A stretch of 64,000 bases of DNA from Eledone cirrhosa. Its lineage: Eukaryota. The stretch is taken from NCBI GenBank assembly GCA_964016885.1, contig OZ024740.1, forward strand, positions 410,750,001-410,814,000. The letters are read 5' to 3'. Positions 12,960 through 25,099 of the stretch are shown here, in pieces. The notes beneath the pieces are model-generated. The model did no database searches. It was not told the DNA's origin and saw only the letters and a program-made list of their open reading frames with translations. The translations under genes and the position numbers were made by a program. Positions within the stretch are counted from its first letter, which is position 1; every line of letters begins with the position of its first letter.

Positions 12960-15159
12960 AACATCATTTCTGTTGCAATTTCTGTTGCAATTTTGTTGCA
13001 ATTTTGTTGATTTTTAACCGTATGTGGATTAAGTTATCTTATAATACTTAGCACATCTAACTAATACACACCACATAAAACACACACCACATAAAACACA
13101 CACCACATAAAACACACACCGTGATACCTTTATGTAGTTGCATGATTTCTATAAATAGTAGCCTAATCTCACTCATATCTCAGCCTACCGAATTTTAGGA
13201 AAGGAAATATTAAATAGTTTAGTCCCAGATAAACTAGATATAGTAACGAGACACATTAGAACATATGTTTCTACTTAGCTCCAAATAAAAGACAGTATAA
13301 TCACATATGGAATGTCAATGATCATAGATCTTTCAGGGTTGACATGTGGTTATGCAGGAATGACAAAAATAATACATCTAAACATTCTGTTATGAAACAT
13401 TACTGTCTAAAACCAACATTTTGGAACTTCACAATCACTCATGATATCCACGTAGCTATTAAACATCAAACTGGAGAAGTCCCTCCCCAAAAAAGAATAC
13501 CCTAATTCCGATTTACACATACATGAAGATGGACAAATTAACAAAAGAAGTCAACCTCATAAAATACATTGATAATACATACGTCACTTAGTCATTAGTA
13601 TCACAAAGCAGCACTCTAAAGTGCAAGCATTTCAAAATAAAATTCTGTATAAATAAGTCATCGAAACGAAATATATATATTTAATAATATATTTAATAAT
13701 AAACATGCGCATACAAGCTCCAAATACAACAACCATTCTAAGAGCTATACCACGTTTACACTCTTTACAAAACCATCGTAGTGAATCAATTTTTTGCACA
13801 TAATTCATCTTATAGAGAACAATCCAGATAACACATGACACCGTAAAATATCAATAAATCTTAACTAACGCTAATAGAACCCCGCATTTGACCAAAGTAA
13901 ATACCTTCTCGCTTGCACATGACAAATAACTTTCTGTCAACTATTCCCCGATCGCCAACCGTTCATCATCTCAACACATTTCAAATAACTAAAGAAAAAA
14001 AAAACACTATCACAAAAAAACAAAACAAAAAAGAAGCGCATATTCTTATTTCGTTTCAATCGAATGAGGGGGTAAATCTTGAAATTGGCTAGAAAGGGAA
14101 CGAATATATGTGTTCAGGAAATTCCTGTCTCCCTAGTGGCCACAACTATACTAAGAGGCCTTAAATTATTGCACAATTATCCCGCAACCTAACTGCATTT
14201 ATGAATTCTACACTTAGTAACAATTATGGTAGAAGAAGTAGGAGAGACGCATTGATAACAAAAGCAGGCCGTAAAGATCTTAGCGATCTACCATGACGTC
14301 ATTTAACAGATTTTAATATGTGGAAATGAAATTTTAAGTTTTAACCGTATTTCGACAACAAAACTTTGGTACGCTCTCATCAGATAAAATATAAAGTTTG
14401 TTTTATAAATAGTGACATACCCAGGAATGAGATCTTAACGGTTCAAGTTCAGTCTGGATAGTGAAAGGAAAGAGGGAAAAAGGGAAAAGGGGAAGAAAGG
14501 AAAAAACAGATATTTCAAATTATTTTGATGAATATGCAAATGAAGTTGAAGCGTAGGACTGAAAAAATCGTTATTTTTAGACGCTAGGTAGATTTAAATA
14601 ATTATTAGGATATATATACGTATATATAGGAAGAAGAAAGAGAAGCTTGTATTTATATTATTACAGTGTACGTGAATTTAAAAAATTGAAACGTTAAAAA
14701 TTAAAAGTTTGTTGAAGTGGTGGAATATCAATCCATGTCCATGTTTGATCAATTGTAAAGGAAAAGATGACTCCAATATTATTTGCTAAACTATTAATAT
14801 TAGATTTGATGAATCATTTTCTTAGAAAATGCGGAAAGTATGTAGAGAAAGTTATATATTATTTTGTGTGAGATTATAAGGTATTTTATATTTTATATTT
14901 TATATTACATGTTTTCAAGAATGAGAATTTCAATTATATATGTATTTAGATACTATATGTCGATAGATGTGTGAAAAGTTTGAAGTTTGAAGATTAAACA
15001 GAGGAAGAAATATATTATTAAATAAGTCAAGACTTCATTTAGAAGAACTGTTGAGGATATCATTCAAAATATCAATTAAAAAGCATCAATCTAAAAAAAA
15101 TATTTTAAGAAGAGTATCATTAGAAACAAAATATCATTGGTAAAAATATTAATTTAAGA

Positions 15160-15475
15160 AGTAAACGATCATTTAAAAAAAACATCACTAACCAACAGAA
15201 GCATTTTAAAGACATATAATAGGTCCGATAAAAAATCTTCCACTGCACTTTCACATCTAATTTGGTATTTAAAGGACAATAATATAGACTATTCAATATC
15301 TTGGGGAACGATTTCGAAAGCACCCGCATACCGAAATATGGCTTTCTCAAGAATCAGTCATTTGTGTATCGAGGAAATGTTTTATATACTTAACTGCCAA
15401 AATTCTATAAATTAAAAAAATGGGATATTAAGTTCTTGCAGGCATCGCCAAAAACCACTTTCCGAAGTATTTTTA
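15160..15475 (+). pseudogene. PLE GIY-YIG endonuclease C-terminal remnant (not in the ORF track)
   Basis: STALSHLIWYLKDNNIDYSISWGTISKAPAY...LCIEEMFYIL...SSCRHR aligns by eye with ORF 27838-28428. Confidence 0.8.
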
Positions 15476-16655
15476 ATCTATAATATTCATTACACTTGAC
15501 TAGATCTTATATGTGTTTAAAATGCTTCTGTTGGTTAGCGATGTTTTTTTTAAATAATCTTTTTCTTCTTAAATTAATATTTTTACCAATATTCTTTTTC
15601 TAATGATACTCTTAAAATTCTTTTTTTAGATTGATACTTTTTAATTGATATTTTAAATGATATCCTCTTTACGATAGTTCTTCTAAATGCACTCTTGACT
15701 TATCTAATATATTTTTTCGTCTGTTTAATCTTCAAACTTCAAACTTTTCACACATTTTGTGAAATAGATAGAATTCTCATCTTTGATAACGTAATATAAA
15801 ACACCTTATAATCTCACACAAAATAATATATAATTTCTCTACATACTTTCAGCATTTTCTAAGAAAATTATTCATCAAATCTAATATTAATAGTTTAACA
15901 AATAATATTGGAGTCATCTTTTCATTTACAATTGAGCAAACATGGACATAATAACTTGTATGTTAAATTCTATGTAATTTCGCTAACTTAATAATTTTCT
16001 CTAAATATTTTCAATTTTTGATGAAACTATTTGAATGTACAAAATGTTATTCTCTTAAAATTTGAACTATATCTTTTTCTTAACTCTATATTTTTAAAAT
16101 GTAAAATCAAGATCCTTCGTAACTTATATTAGAAATGTAAACAAATTAATACGTGTGTTATATATCTTTAAACAAATAACAGCATATAATCACCAATATT
16201 ATTTATATTTATACATTTATTAATCTATATAGATATTTATATACTTACAACCTGTTGTAATATAATAAGATAAAATGTACTTACAGCCATAATTCCTCAT
16301 ATAATCTAATTGTAATGATTATATATATATAATATTATAACTCACGATTTAGCTAAATATTTTTAACGTTTCAATTTTTTAAATACACTGTAATAATATA
16401 AATACAAGCTTCTCTTTCTTCTTCCTAAATATTCATATATATATCCTAATAATAATTTAAATCTACCTAGCGTCTAAAAATAACGATTTTTTTTTAGCCC
16501 TACGCTTCAACTTCATTTGCATATTCATCAAAATAATTTGAAATATTTGTTTTTCCTTTCTTCCACTTTTCCCCTTTTCCCTCCTTCCCTTCACTATCCA
16601 GACTGAACTTGAACCGTTAATATCTCATTCCTCACTATTTATAAAACAAACTTTG

Positions 16656-16716
16656 TATTTTATCTGATGAGTGCGTACCAAAGTTTTGGTGTCCTTGAAA
16701 TATATATAATAGAATA
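16656..16716 (+). ncRNA. Type I hammerhead ribozyme motif, core intact
   Basis: tattttat CTGATGA gtgcgtaccaaa gt tttggtgtcctt GAAA tatata TA atagaata: 8 bp stem I and palindromic stem III. Confidence 0.7.
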
Positions 16717-16754
16717 AATATGGTTTTATAAATATAGTTTCCGTTTATTAATAT

Positions 16755-16816
<62 letters not shown>

Positions 16817-17204
16817 AGTTGCGACGGTAAACAGAAAATAAAAAACAAAAAATCGTGGAAGCGAAGAGGCAGTACACAAGTTATTATTAGTTTCACGCTT
16901 GAGAGTGAGGAGTGGGATATATATATATAATATCAAAGAAGATATAGAAAGAAGTAAAGAAAGCTGATCTCAAGAGACATGGCTGAAAGAACACACACTT
17001 ACGTTTTCTTCAAACCTTTTTACGTTTCTTCTTTTCACTCGTTATTATCTTTCTATCTTTTCTATTATTTCTCAATCTATCTTTTTGTGAAGGTCTAGCC
17101 TCCGTAATGTTAAGACTCTTTTACCATCATATCAAGCATTGTATTTTCATTGTACTGTATTGTTTATTTATATTTTTTTTCGATTACTTTTCGCATAAAT
17201 AAAT

Positions 17205-17778
17205 ACATATACATACATCATGATGGCTTCCCCCTCGTTATCGAGTATGGCCATTGCACCATATACCATTATTAATAATTATTAATTAATTCTATCATGC
17301 AATGCCTGTGCGTGAAGATTTTTTTGAAAGTGAGGAAAGACTGTGCACTGAGCCAATCCCACTCTCTCAGCGACAGTAGCTATAACCGGAAAAGAAGAAA
17401 AGATCAACATCATCGGTTACCTTCTCCTAAAAGAATGCCCTGACAAAGGCTAGGGGTCCTTCACTACCTGTTGTTTAACCGCGCGATCGGGTATCTAGCC
17501 CGATTATTTCTATGTCCCCGTGCATATACATACACATGCACACATCCATATACATATACATACATATGTGCATATTTTACACATTTTTGGATGGCCGTTG
17601 ACTCTTATGAGTTCTCTCGCCCTTTGTCAGGTTTTGTTTTTTCCTGCAGGGTGTCCAAAATCACCTTCCTCACCAAGTAAACTTAGTGGGGTTGCCGGTT
17701 TAGTCACCGACGACCCGACCATGTGACAGATTGTACTGGGTTACATGTTACCAGTACCACTCAAGAGTGACCCGACAT
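17205..17778 (-). mobile_element. Non-coding RTE-derived short retroposon (5' UTR-like head, 3' end with (TATG)n tail)
   Basis: Collinear with 42212-42835. They share the 3' end atggcc(a/g)tactcga(t/a)aacgag...gcca.cat(gtat)n. Confidence 0.7.
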
Positions 17779-17824
17779 AAATATATATATATACATATAT
17801 ACATACATACATACATATATACAT

Positions 17825-17904
<80 letters not shown>

Positions 17905-18299
17905 TCATTGATCTATATATATATATATCTGATGTGTTTTGGTTCTCTCGTGTGGAATTCTTCCGGCTAGATATCTTTTCTGTTTAATGTAATCCATCAA
18001 CTTCTTGTGTTCCTATTTAAACGTATTGAAGTAAAGGTATATTTGCTCACGCTGTTGTTTAACTCTACATCATAAAAAGATATGTTCCCATCATGGCCAT
18101 CACATTTTCCCTGAATCAGGCATTATATTTCGTTTTACAAGATATGATTTGAAACACATAAACTCGTTTATGCTGCTGTTTCTTTAAGGTGTTGCTGCTA
18201 CTGCTGTCTCGTTGTTGTTTTCGCCGATTATATGATTTGTTATTGCTCATTAATTAATTGTTGGTTTTTACTTTAAGAGCATGGCTGACACAATAGAGC

Positions 18300-20900
18300 A
18301 ATACATTATGCATAATGAGGGTCATAATCTGACCCACCGGTCATAGAACCTTACTTTTGGAAGTATGACATAATATTCCAACTGACCGGTTCCTATTTCA
18401 CTATGATTTTACTTGCTACTAAGTTTAAGAGGAGCTATATGCATTAAGGTTTCACAGATAGATTTAGGATTTTGCACCGGTATAAATCTTGGGGAAGCTG
18501 TTTTATCAATTGTACATAGGCCCATATAGTTGTACATAGGCCCATATAGTTGTATGTATATAATAACTCAATGTCTTTGTTTTCTTTGGAAATCAATACA
18601 TTGATTAGGAGTAACTAAAACTATATGCACCAGAAAAGGTTCCCTCTTTTCCTTTATGAGATAATTTGTAGAGTATGTTTCTATAGCTTAGCATATTTAC
18701 TATTGTAAATAAACTCCATCACTCTTGGTGTTTAGTAATAATGGTACCACTTCCCGTGTAGGAATGTTGCAATTTTATCATAACTGTAAATGCTTTTACT
18801 GCGCACCAGGAGTGGGTTGCCAGAAACAATGAGATTATCTTTTCTATACAATCACTGGTCTAAATGTATTCCACTGGAATATGTGTGTTGCTGGAAAACG
18901 TTGCTCCTGTGTCGAAATAAAAAAAATCTTTCTTTCCCAGGTTTAAGTTCTGAGGTCCCCAGCAAGTATTGTCACTTTAAACTTTCTCTGTCGATTACTA
19001 TTATGATCAAGCTTACGAGATATCCAAATGCTCGCTATGTGGTATTTCTTTATAAAACTGCATTAACACAGTATTCCGTAGAAATATCTTAGCTTAACTT
19101 TCAAGTTTTTACTAATTCCTTTGTCGGTTTCCCATTTTCCTAGCCACTGTCTGTCATGTCTGCCTATGGATTGTATTTGGATGTATTCCTGAATACATAT
19201 AAATACTATTTCTATTAGATTTATGATTGTACTATTCCTTATCAGATAATGTATACTTCTAGGGTTAATATTTTATAATAGATCTCTGCTTTCACAAGGT
19301 CGCGGTCTCCTTGTATTGGTAGTAAATAGATGCGTTCTATGACAGAAAGTCGGCTATTTATTTTGTTTTCAATCTATCTATTCTGTTTCCAATCTGAATC
19401 TCATATCTATTCCTCGGGTAAATCCGTGCAGGTTTTGCACCAGAGTTTCTAGTTGCTTATTATCTGCAACGTACATCTAAAAATCGTCCATATACAAAAT
19501 ATAGTTGATTGTTCTCTCATAACATTTGAATCCGAATGCATAATGGTTTAATATGTCCGTTAATTCTTTTAAGCTTGAACAGAGAAATAGTTGAGTTAGA
19601 GGATCTCTTTATAATAAACCCGATGTTTAGTAATTAAAAAAAATATTCTCTCCTTTTTCTGTACCTGCAAAATTGTTTGCCACTTATTCATGACTTGTAA
19701 AGTGTATCTGCTTGCTATTACTGCTACCTTAATAACGGCTAAGTTCTTCAGGATGCAAATGTTCGGAATATTTCCCCAAACCTGATATCTATGATATGCT
19801 CCAGCTTTTCTTTCTGCTATAGTGTCCAGCTATGACATTTTTGAAATGTAATTGATGTTTTCGGCAGAACATCTACTATTTTGGGGAAAACGGATTTCCC
19901 CCGTTCGTTGTTTATTCTCTATTGTATTACTGTAGTGAAAATATTTATTTCGTCAGTCTTGAAGAATAACAGAAATTTATCCCTATAATGTGATGTACTG
20001 GTTAGTAGTCATCTCCAGTTCCGTCAGTAAATTGAATAGTGACTTATGTGTGCCTGATATTTATCAACTAGGAATTTTTATGACATGTGCTTCTTCTCGC
20101 ATTGTGGGACATTTTGTATAGCATACGGTCTAATATTTTTGTACAGCATCTACTTTAATACCTTTGTGTAGTTCCTGGGCTAATATATTCGTGTAGTGCC
20201 TGGGTTGATACATTTGTGTCATGTCTAAGCCAATATTTTTGTTGCTATGGTTTTCTAATATTCTTCTGGAACTGTGTTCGTTATTTCTTAAAATTATCAT
20301 CCATAACAAGTCCTTCGTTAATCATAGTCCTCTTAAATATTCTATTTCTATTCCTTTTATCTGGCTACCTAGTTCTTATCAAAATAGTTTCTGATGTAGT
20401 CTAACTATTTTTGTATTGATTAAATTAGGATCAAAAGAGTTTTTTCTTAATTGTTTATATTTGTCCACGTTGTTTGTTTGGCTTTTACAATTCTTATATG
20501 AGCATTTCTGAGGATTGCTCACGTTTCTTTGTGTCTACAGTGACTATTATGTATGATATTTCGTTTCAGCTGATGATGTTAATGTCCGTGAATGTTTTCA
20601 TTAATTCGATGATAGTCAGGGTCACGTTTACAACTAATGTTGCTCACTTATCCATAAGGAAATGGTTTCTCAAATTATATTCACCATAACATTGTCATGA
20701 TTATAATGTCCAACTTAAACAATGTTATGTTTTCTATCTCCATAATATTTTCTTTCAATTATTTATGTTTTTGAGTTGTTTTTGTGCCTTTTTGGATTCC
20801 GTATTGTTGTTTCGTTCTGTTTTATCATTTGCACGTCCTCAATCTATAGTTGTGCTTTACGTTATAGATGTTTATATATTTTGCGTTTACATTATGCATT
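18300..20900 (-). mobile_element. Old RLE-type non-LTR retrotransposon RT relic
   Basis: The minus strand gives INYILYMDDF (~19480-19510) and GLL*RDPLTQLF (~19588-19622), like the HLLYMDD and GI.QGD.LSPLLF motifs. Boundaries uncertain. Confidence 0.55.
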
Positions 20901-20929
20901 CGTTTAATAATAATATGCTACTGATCTCA

Positions 20930-21445
20930 TGCTTGATCCCCAGGCTAGACAAACTAAGGAAACTGTTGCAATTGATCCAGCTAAGCACATAAAGTTAATA
21001 GCAAAAGCAAAAGGGTAAGAGCAATTAGCATCAAAGTGGGAACAGAAACCTCTGCATAGCAAATATGTGGCCCGTAGCAAATAAGCTGATATTGACCAAA
21101 ATCACACCCATCAGTGGCTACGTAGCTCAGGGCTAAAAGCAAAGAGAGAAGGCTTCATCTTAGCTGCCCAAGATCAAAGCTTACTGACATGGGATTACCA
21201 GGCCAATGTGATGAGAAATGGAGTAAATCCCAAGTGCCGATTCTGCAATATTGCTGTTGAAACATAGGACCACTTAGTTTCTGGATGTAAGGTTTTAGCC
21301 CCAGTAGAGAACAAATATAGACATGGCTGAGTTGGCCAATATCTTCACTGCGTAATATGTAGGCATTATAAAATCAAAGCTGCTGACAAGAGGTACAACC
21401 ATCACCCTGAGGCTGTAACTGAAGGAGAAAAAGTAACAATTATAC
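20930..21445 (+). mobile_element. R4/Dong-like non-LTR fragment (zinc knuckle region upstream of the RLE)
   Basis: KWEQKPLH, WLRSSGLKAKREGFILAAQDQSL, KCRFC...ET*DHLVSGCKVLA...YRH..VGQYLH. Confidence 0.85.
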
Positions 21446-21448
21446 ATT

Positions 21449-21834
21449 GCGTGTAATTGTTCTAACCGCTCCACATAATGACGTATTATCTTCGTTTTTT
21501 CCGTTCATTGCCAGAGAACGTCTCCATGAACCACCTAATAGAATATTATTCTACGACTTTATTTATGCCATAAACGTGGTTTTGTCTTCACGTGTAATTG
21601 TTTTCACTGCACCAAATAATGACGTATTATCTTCGTTTTTTTCCGTTCTTTGCCAGGGAACGTTACCGCGAACCAAAGTATCGTCTTCCTTTCTTCCTTC
21701 GGTTGCAATGTTGTTTTAAATAGTTACTTCTGCGTTCACGGATTGACTATTTTAGTTTCAGAAGATCCCGTTAATGGTGAAAGCAGCGATTCTTTGTTTA
21801 AACTTTAATCTGTTATTTTAATAAATATATATAT
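21449..21834 (+). repeat. Dispersed ~400 bp repeat with internal duplication and hammerhead-like 3' end
   Basis: Matches 49180-49800. 3' pieces also occur at 24828-24930 and (minus) 61575-61634. All end at (TA)n. Confidence 0.8.
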
Positions 21835-21935
21835 CCAGGGAGTGTAACTTGGAGTTACTGTAGGTTCACCCAGGTGATTACTGGATGTTTAGGTTCACTT
21901 GAGTGTCGAGGTATAGATCTAGACAGAGTGTATTA

Positions 21936-22025
21936 TAGTGAAATAAGATAACAGGGACGATTGGTTACTCCTTCATTACGTTTATTGAAGGAGTAACCAA
22001 TCGTCTTTGTTATCTTATTTCATTA
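21936..22025. repeat. Near-perfect hairpin with 40 bp arms
   Basis: tagtgaaataagataacagggacgattggttactccttca / tgaaggagtaaccaatcgtctttgttatcttatttcatta, with a 10 nt loop. Confidence 0.9.
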
Positions 22026-22199
22026 GTGGATTGGCAGTATCGGTAGAGGGTCGGAATGCTTTCTAGCATAGTTACTTCCCTTTACGATCTGAGTTCAAAT
22101 CCCCCGAGGTTAACTTTGCCTTTCATCCTTACGGGGTCGATAAAACAAAGTACCAGGATTGTACTGGGTAATTGCTGGCATTGTGCCCAAAGTAGAAAC

Positions 22200-22204
<5 letters not shown>
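22026..22204 (+). mobile_element. Major tRNA-derived SINE
   Basis: A/B boxes, core and tail present. Confidence 0.9.
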
Positions 22205-22251
<47 letters not shown>

Positions 22252-22279
22252 ATACTTTGGGAGGGTTATGTTGCCAATA

Positions 22280-23990
22280 AGAAACACACGCACCAGATGC
22301 TTTCACTTCAATTTATTATAATAAATTTATAAATTTCCGTTGGTTGGTTGGTTCCACAACCAGATGGTTGTTTATATATTGTCAAAGTTCTTTCGACACA
22401 CATTATGTGACCTCTTCAGTGACTGGGGGTTCTTTTCTTTGCTTTTTGTGCCTCTCCTTTGTTCTGTCCTACGCCATCTTGTTTTTGTGTGTGTGTTGTG
22501 TGCTTAGTTTCCGCATGTGTTACATCCGGGTGTCTGTGTGTGTTTATATTCGTTTATTTATTTGTTTACTTACATGTTACTGGTTGGTTGTTTGTTCTAT
22601 ATGCGTGTGTGTTTTCATTTTGTCCTTAATTGTAAGTTGTGATGTTGCGGTTCCACTCATGTTTTCGATTTAATTTTGGTTGTAATTCATTTATGTTTAT
22701 TGATTTGTCTAAACATTGCGTCTATTTTTATTTCTATGTTCTCTAATTTACCCTTATGTACTATTTTAGCATGTTGGTAGAGTACAGATGATTCTTTACT
22801 ATCTTGAAGGTCTCGCCAGTTTTCATTTATCCGTTCCCCTATACTACGAGCTGTCTCACTTATGTACACTATATTTTTATCTCTACATTGTCCTTCAGTA
22901 CATCTTATGCTATATACTACATTTCTATTATTACAGTTAATATGGGGGCTTAATTTACAGATTATACATTTCTTATCTATACAGGGAGGTCTTTGAAAAG
23001 GGTATGTCTTGCTAATAAGTGTTTTTATGGAGGTACCTGGTCTTTCTACTATCTTAATATTGAGTTTATGTTTATCTAGGGCCCTTCTAAATTTGTAAGC
23101 TAACTCACCTCTAGGGGTTGTATCGATGAACTTTACACTCTGGTATTTATTGCTATCATACTTTGAGTTTATTCTATTAACCTTATTCCTAGTTCTTTCT
23201 ATTCTATTCCAAAATTTGCTCCTATACAAGGGGCAGGACCCATTTGTGTCATTATTTACCATTTTTCCCCATTTGGTTCTGGCTCCTCTATACACTCTGA
23301 TTTTATCTCTCTGATTGTAACCAGAGAACTGCATACGGTAGATGAAGTGTTGTATGTGTCTCTCTAGTTATTTGGGGTTGCACATGCGGGACACGTTTCT
23401 CATCACCCGTACCAAATCCGCAATCAGTATGTTGATTTTGGTATGGTCCGAAACAGCTGAGTTTCGGTGGATCAGATATTTGGAAGTCATGGGTTTCGCA
23501 TAATGGGAATGGAGGATTTGTTTTTTGTTATTAATGGTATCTAACCAGAGCTCTGTGTCTAGTACAGGTAATCGATGGTTGGGGTGTTTGCTTGGGTAGT
23601 CAATAATTACACTTATACTCTGGTGGATGGAGTTAGCTATTTGCTGGATGCTTTCCATTGTGTTTTTCTCTAATTCCTGACTGTTCTCTAGTGGGGGTGT
23701 TTTAACTACGATGTTTATATCATCAACGTAGCGGGAGTAGATTATCAGGGTTAAGGGGTCTTCTAATTGTTCTTTAAGTTTAAGTTTAAGTCTACTGTCC
23801 CACCATACAATGAATAAGTTAGCTATGTCGCCTGCAATGCTAACACCAATAGCTGCTCCCTCCTCTTGGGCATATGTTTTTCCATTAAATTTGAATTAAA
23901 TTTGAACATATGTTCTTTAAGGGTTAATTTTAATAACAATATATATATATATATATATATATACACTATAAAGTATGTCCATAGAATCAT
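22280..23990 (-). mobile_element. Penelope-like retroelement, RT plus GIY-YIG, disrupted
   Basis: QEEGAAIGVSIAGDIANLF (~23810-23868), YSRYVDDIN (~23715-23740), LPVLDTELW and HYAKPM (ORF 23368-23658), NVVYSIRC...VYISETARSIGERINE (ORF 22687-23334). A (TA)n expansion lies at 23940-23962. Confidence 0.92.
22381..22423 (-). ncRNA. Minimal type I hammerhead in the PLE 3' region
   Basis: gtca CTGAAGA ggtcacataatgtgtgtc GAAA gaac TT tgac, about 260 nt downstream of the GIY-YIG stop. Confidence 0.7.
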
Positions 23991-24259
23991 TTGATAATAT
24001 ATATACACCATTTCCTCTCCCAATTAGTATACTTAACCACACAAAAAATCAATTAGACCAGGCTATAAGATTAAAAGGCACCTATGAAGAAATAGTAGAT
24101 AAATATACGACACCATTCTATTCGCAACCAACCGCTATAGAATATCTACCCAACATTTCAATAGCACGTGGAAATCGATTAAATATACCGTCAACCATAC
24201 ACAATTAGGTATAAAATTAAAGTTAGAAGAAAAAATGCATATACACATACCAGGATTAC

Positions 24260-24339
24260 GTTTCTACTCTAGGGTTGCGTTCGCTTTCGGAAATATCCTA
24301 TTAAGGATAAAATCTCGAGCTTCGAACTCATCAGGAAAC
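24260..24339 (-). ncRNA. Type I hammerhead with long stem II and a GAAA to GCAA change
   Basis: gtttc CTGATGA gttcg...tatcct taat aggata...cgaac GCAA ccctagag TA gaaac. Confidence 0.55.
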
Positions 24340-24491
24340 AAACGCATTTGGACAAAGAATTTTCTTAAGTGATCCCCGCCAGAAATGAATTCAAAATGGC
24401 TAAGAACTGTGACGTGGCAGTGGTCAAGTATATTGCTCTGATTATTTAATTTATTTATTCATCATTGATCCACATCGTGGATGGTTGCCAA

Positions 24492-24522
<31 letters not shown>

Positions 24523-24528
<6 letters not shown>

Positions 24529-24722
24529 GAAAATGTATGACCCCGACGGCAGAGGTCAAGCCGTTTCGACGGCTATTTATGGACTAGGCCAGAAATAGCC
24601 GTCGAAACGGCTTGAGCTCTGCCGTCAGGGTCATACTTTTTCCTATTTCCCACTCTACTACCCTAAATATTGAGTACTCTGGTGCGTTATGGCCCATCTA
24701 GTTCCTTATCACAATTCCTTTG

Positions 24723-24724
<2 letters not shown>
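24523..24724. mobile_element. Palindromic element (~60 bp arms) with asymmetric tail, inside (TA)n
   Basis: 24523-24648 is self-complementary. Related copies at 658-702, 51270-51425, 61876-62038 and 62052-62253. Confidence 0.85.
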
Positions 24725-24810
<86 letters not shown>

Positions 24811-24965
24811 ATATTTTTGAAATATTCACTTCTGCGTTCACAGATTGACTTTGTTAGTTTAAGAAGATCCCGTTAAGGGTGAAAGCAGGGATTCTTTGCT
24901 TAAACTTTAATCTGTTATTTTAATAAATATATATATATATATATATATATATTTACATGTATATG

Positions 24966-25012
<47 letters not shown>

Positions 25013-25099
25013 TTGTGTGTGTGTGTGTATGTATATATTTTATGTATATACATGTGTGTTATGTATCTATGTATATATGTATATGCGTGGGGATATAGA

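Larger units (their letters stand above)
14349..16740. mobile_element. 2.4 kb fold-back structure built on a PLE GIY-YIG remnant
   Basis: ~14360-15219 is the diverged reverse complement of ~15507-16688, and the right arm has ~400 bp extra at 15950-16355. Confidence 0.8.

Noticed and set aside
12656-12967. Poly-Ser/Gly ORF
   Set aside because: Read-through of (TAG)n/(TGG)n microsatellite.
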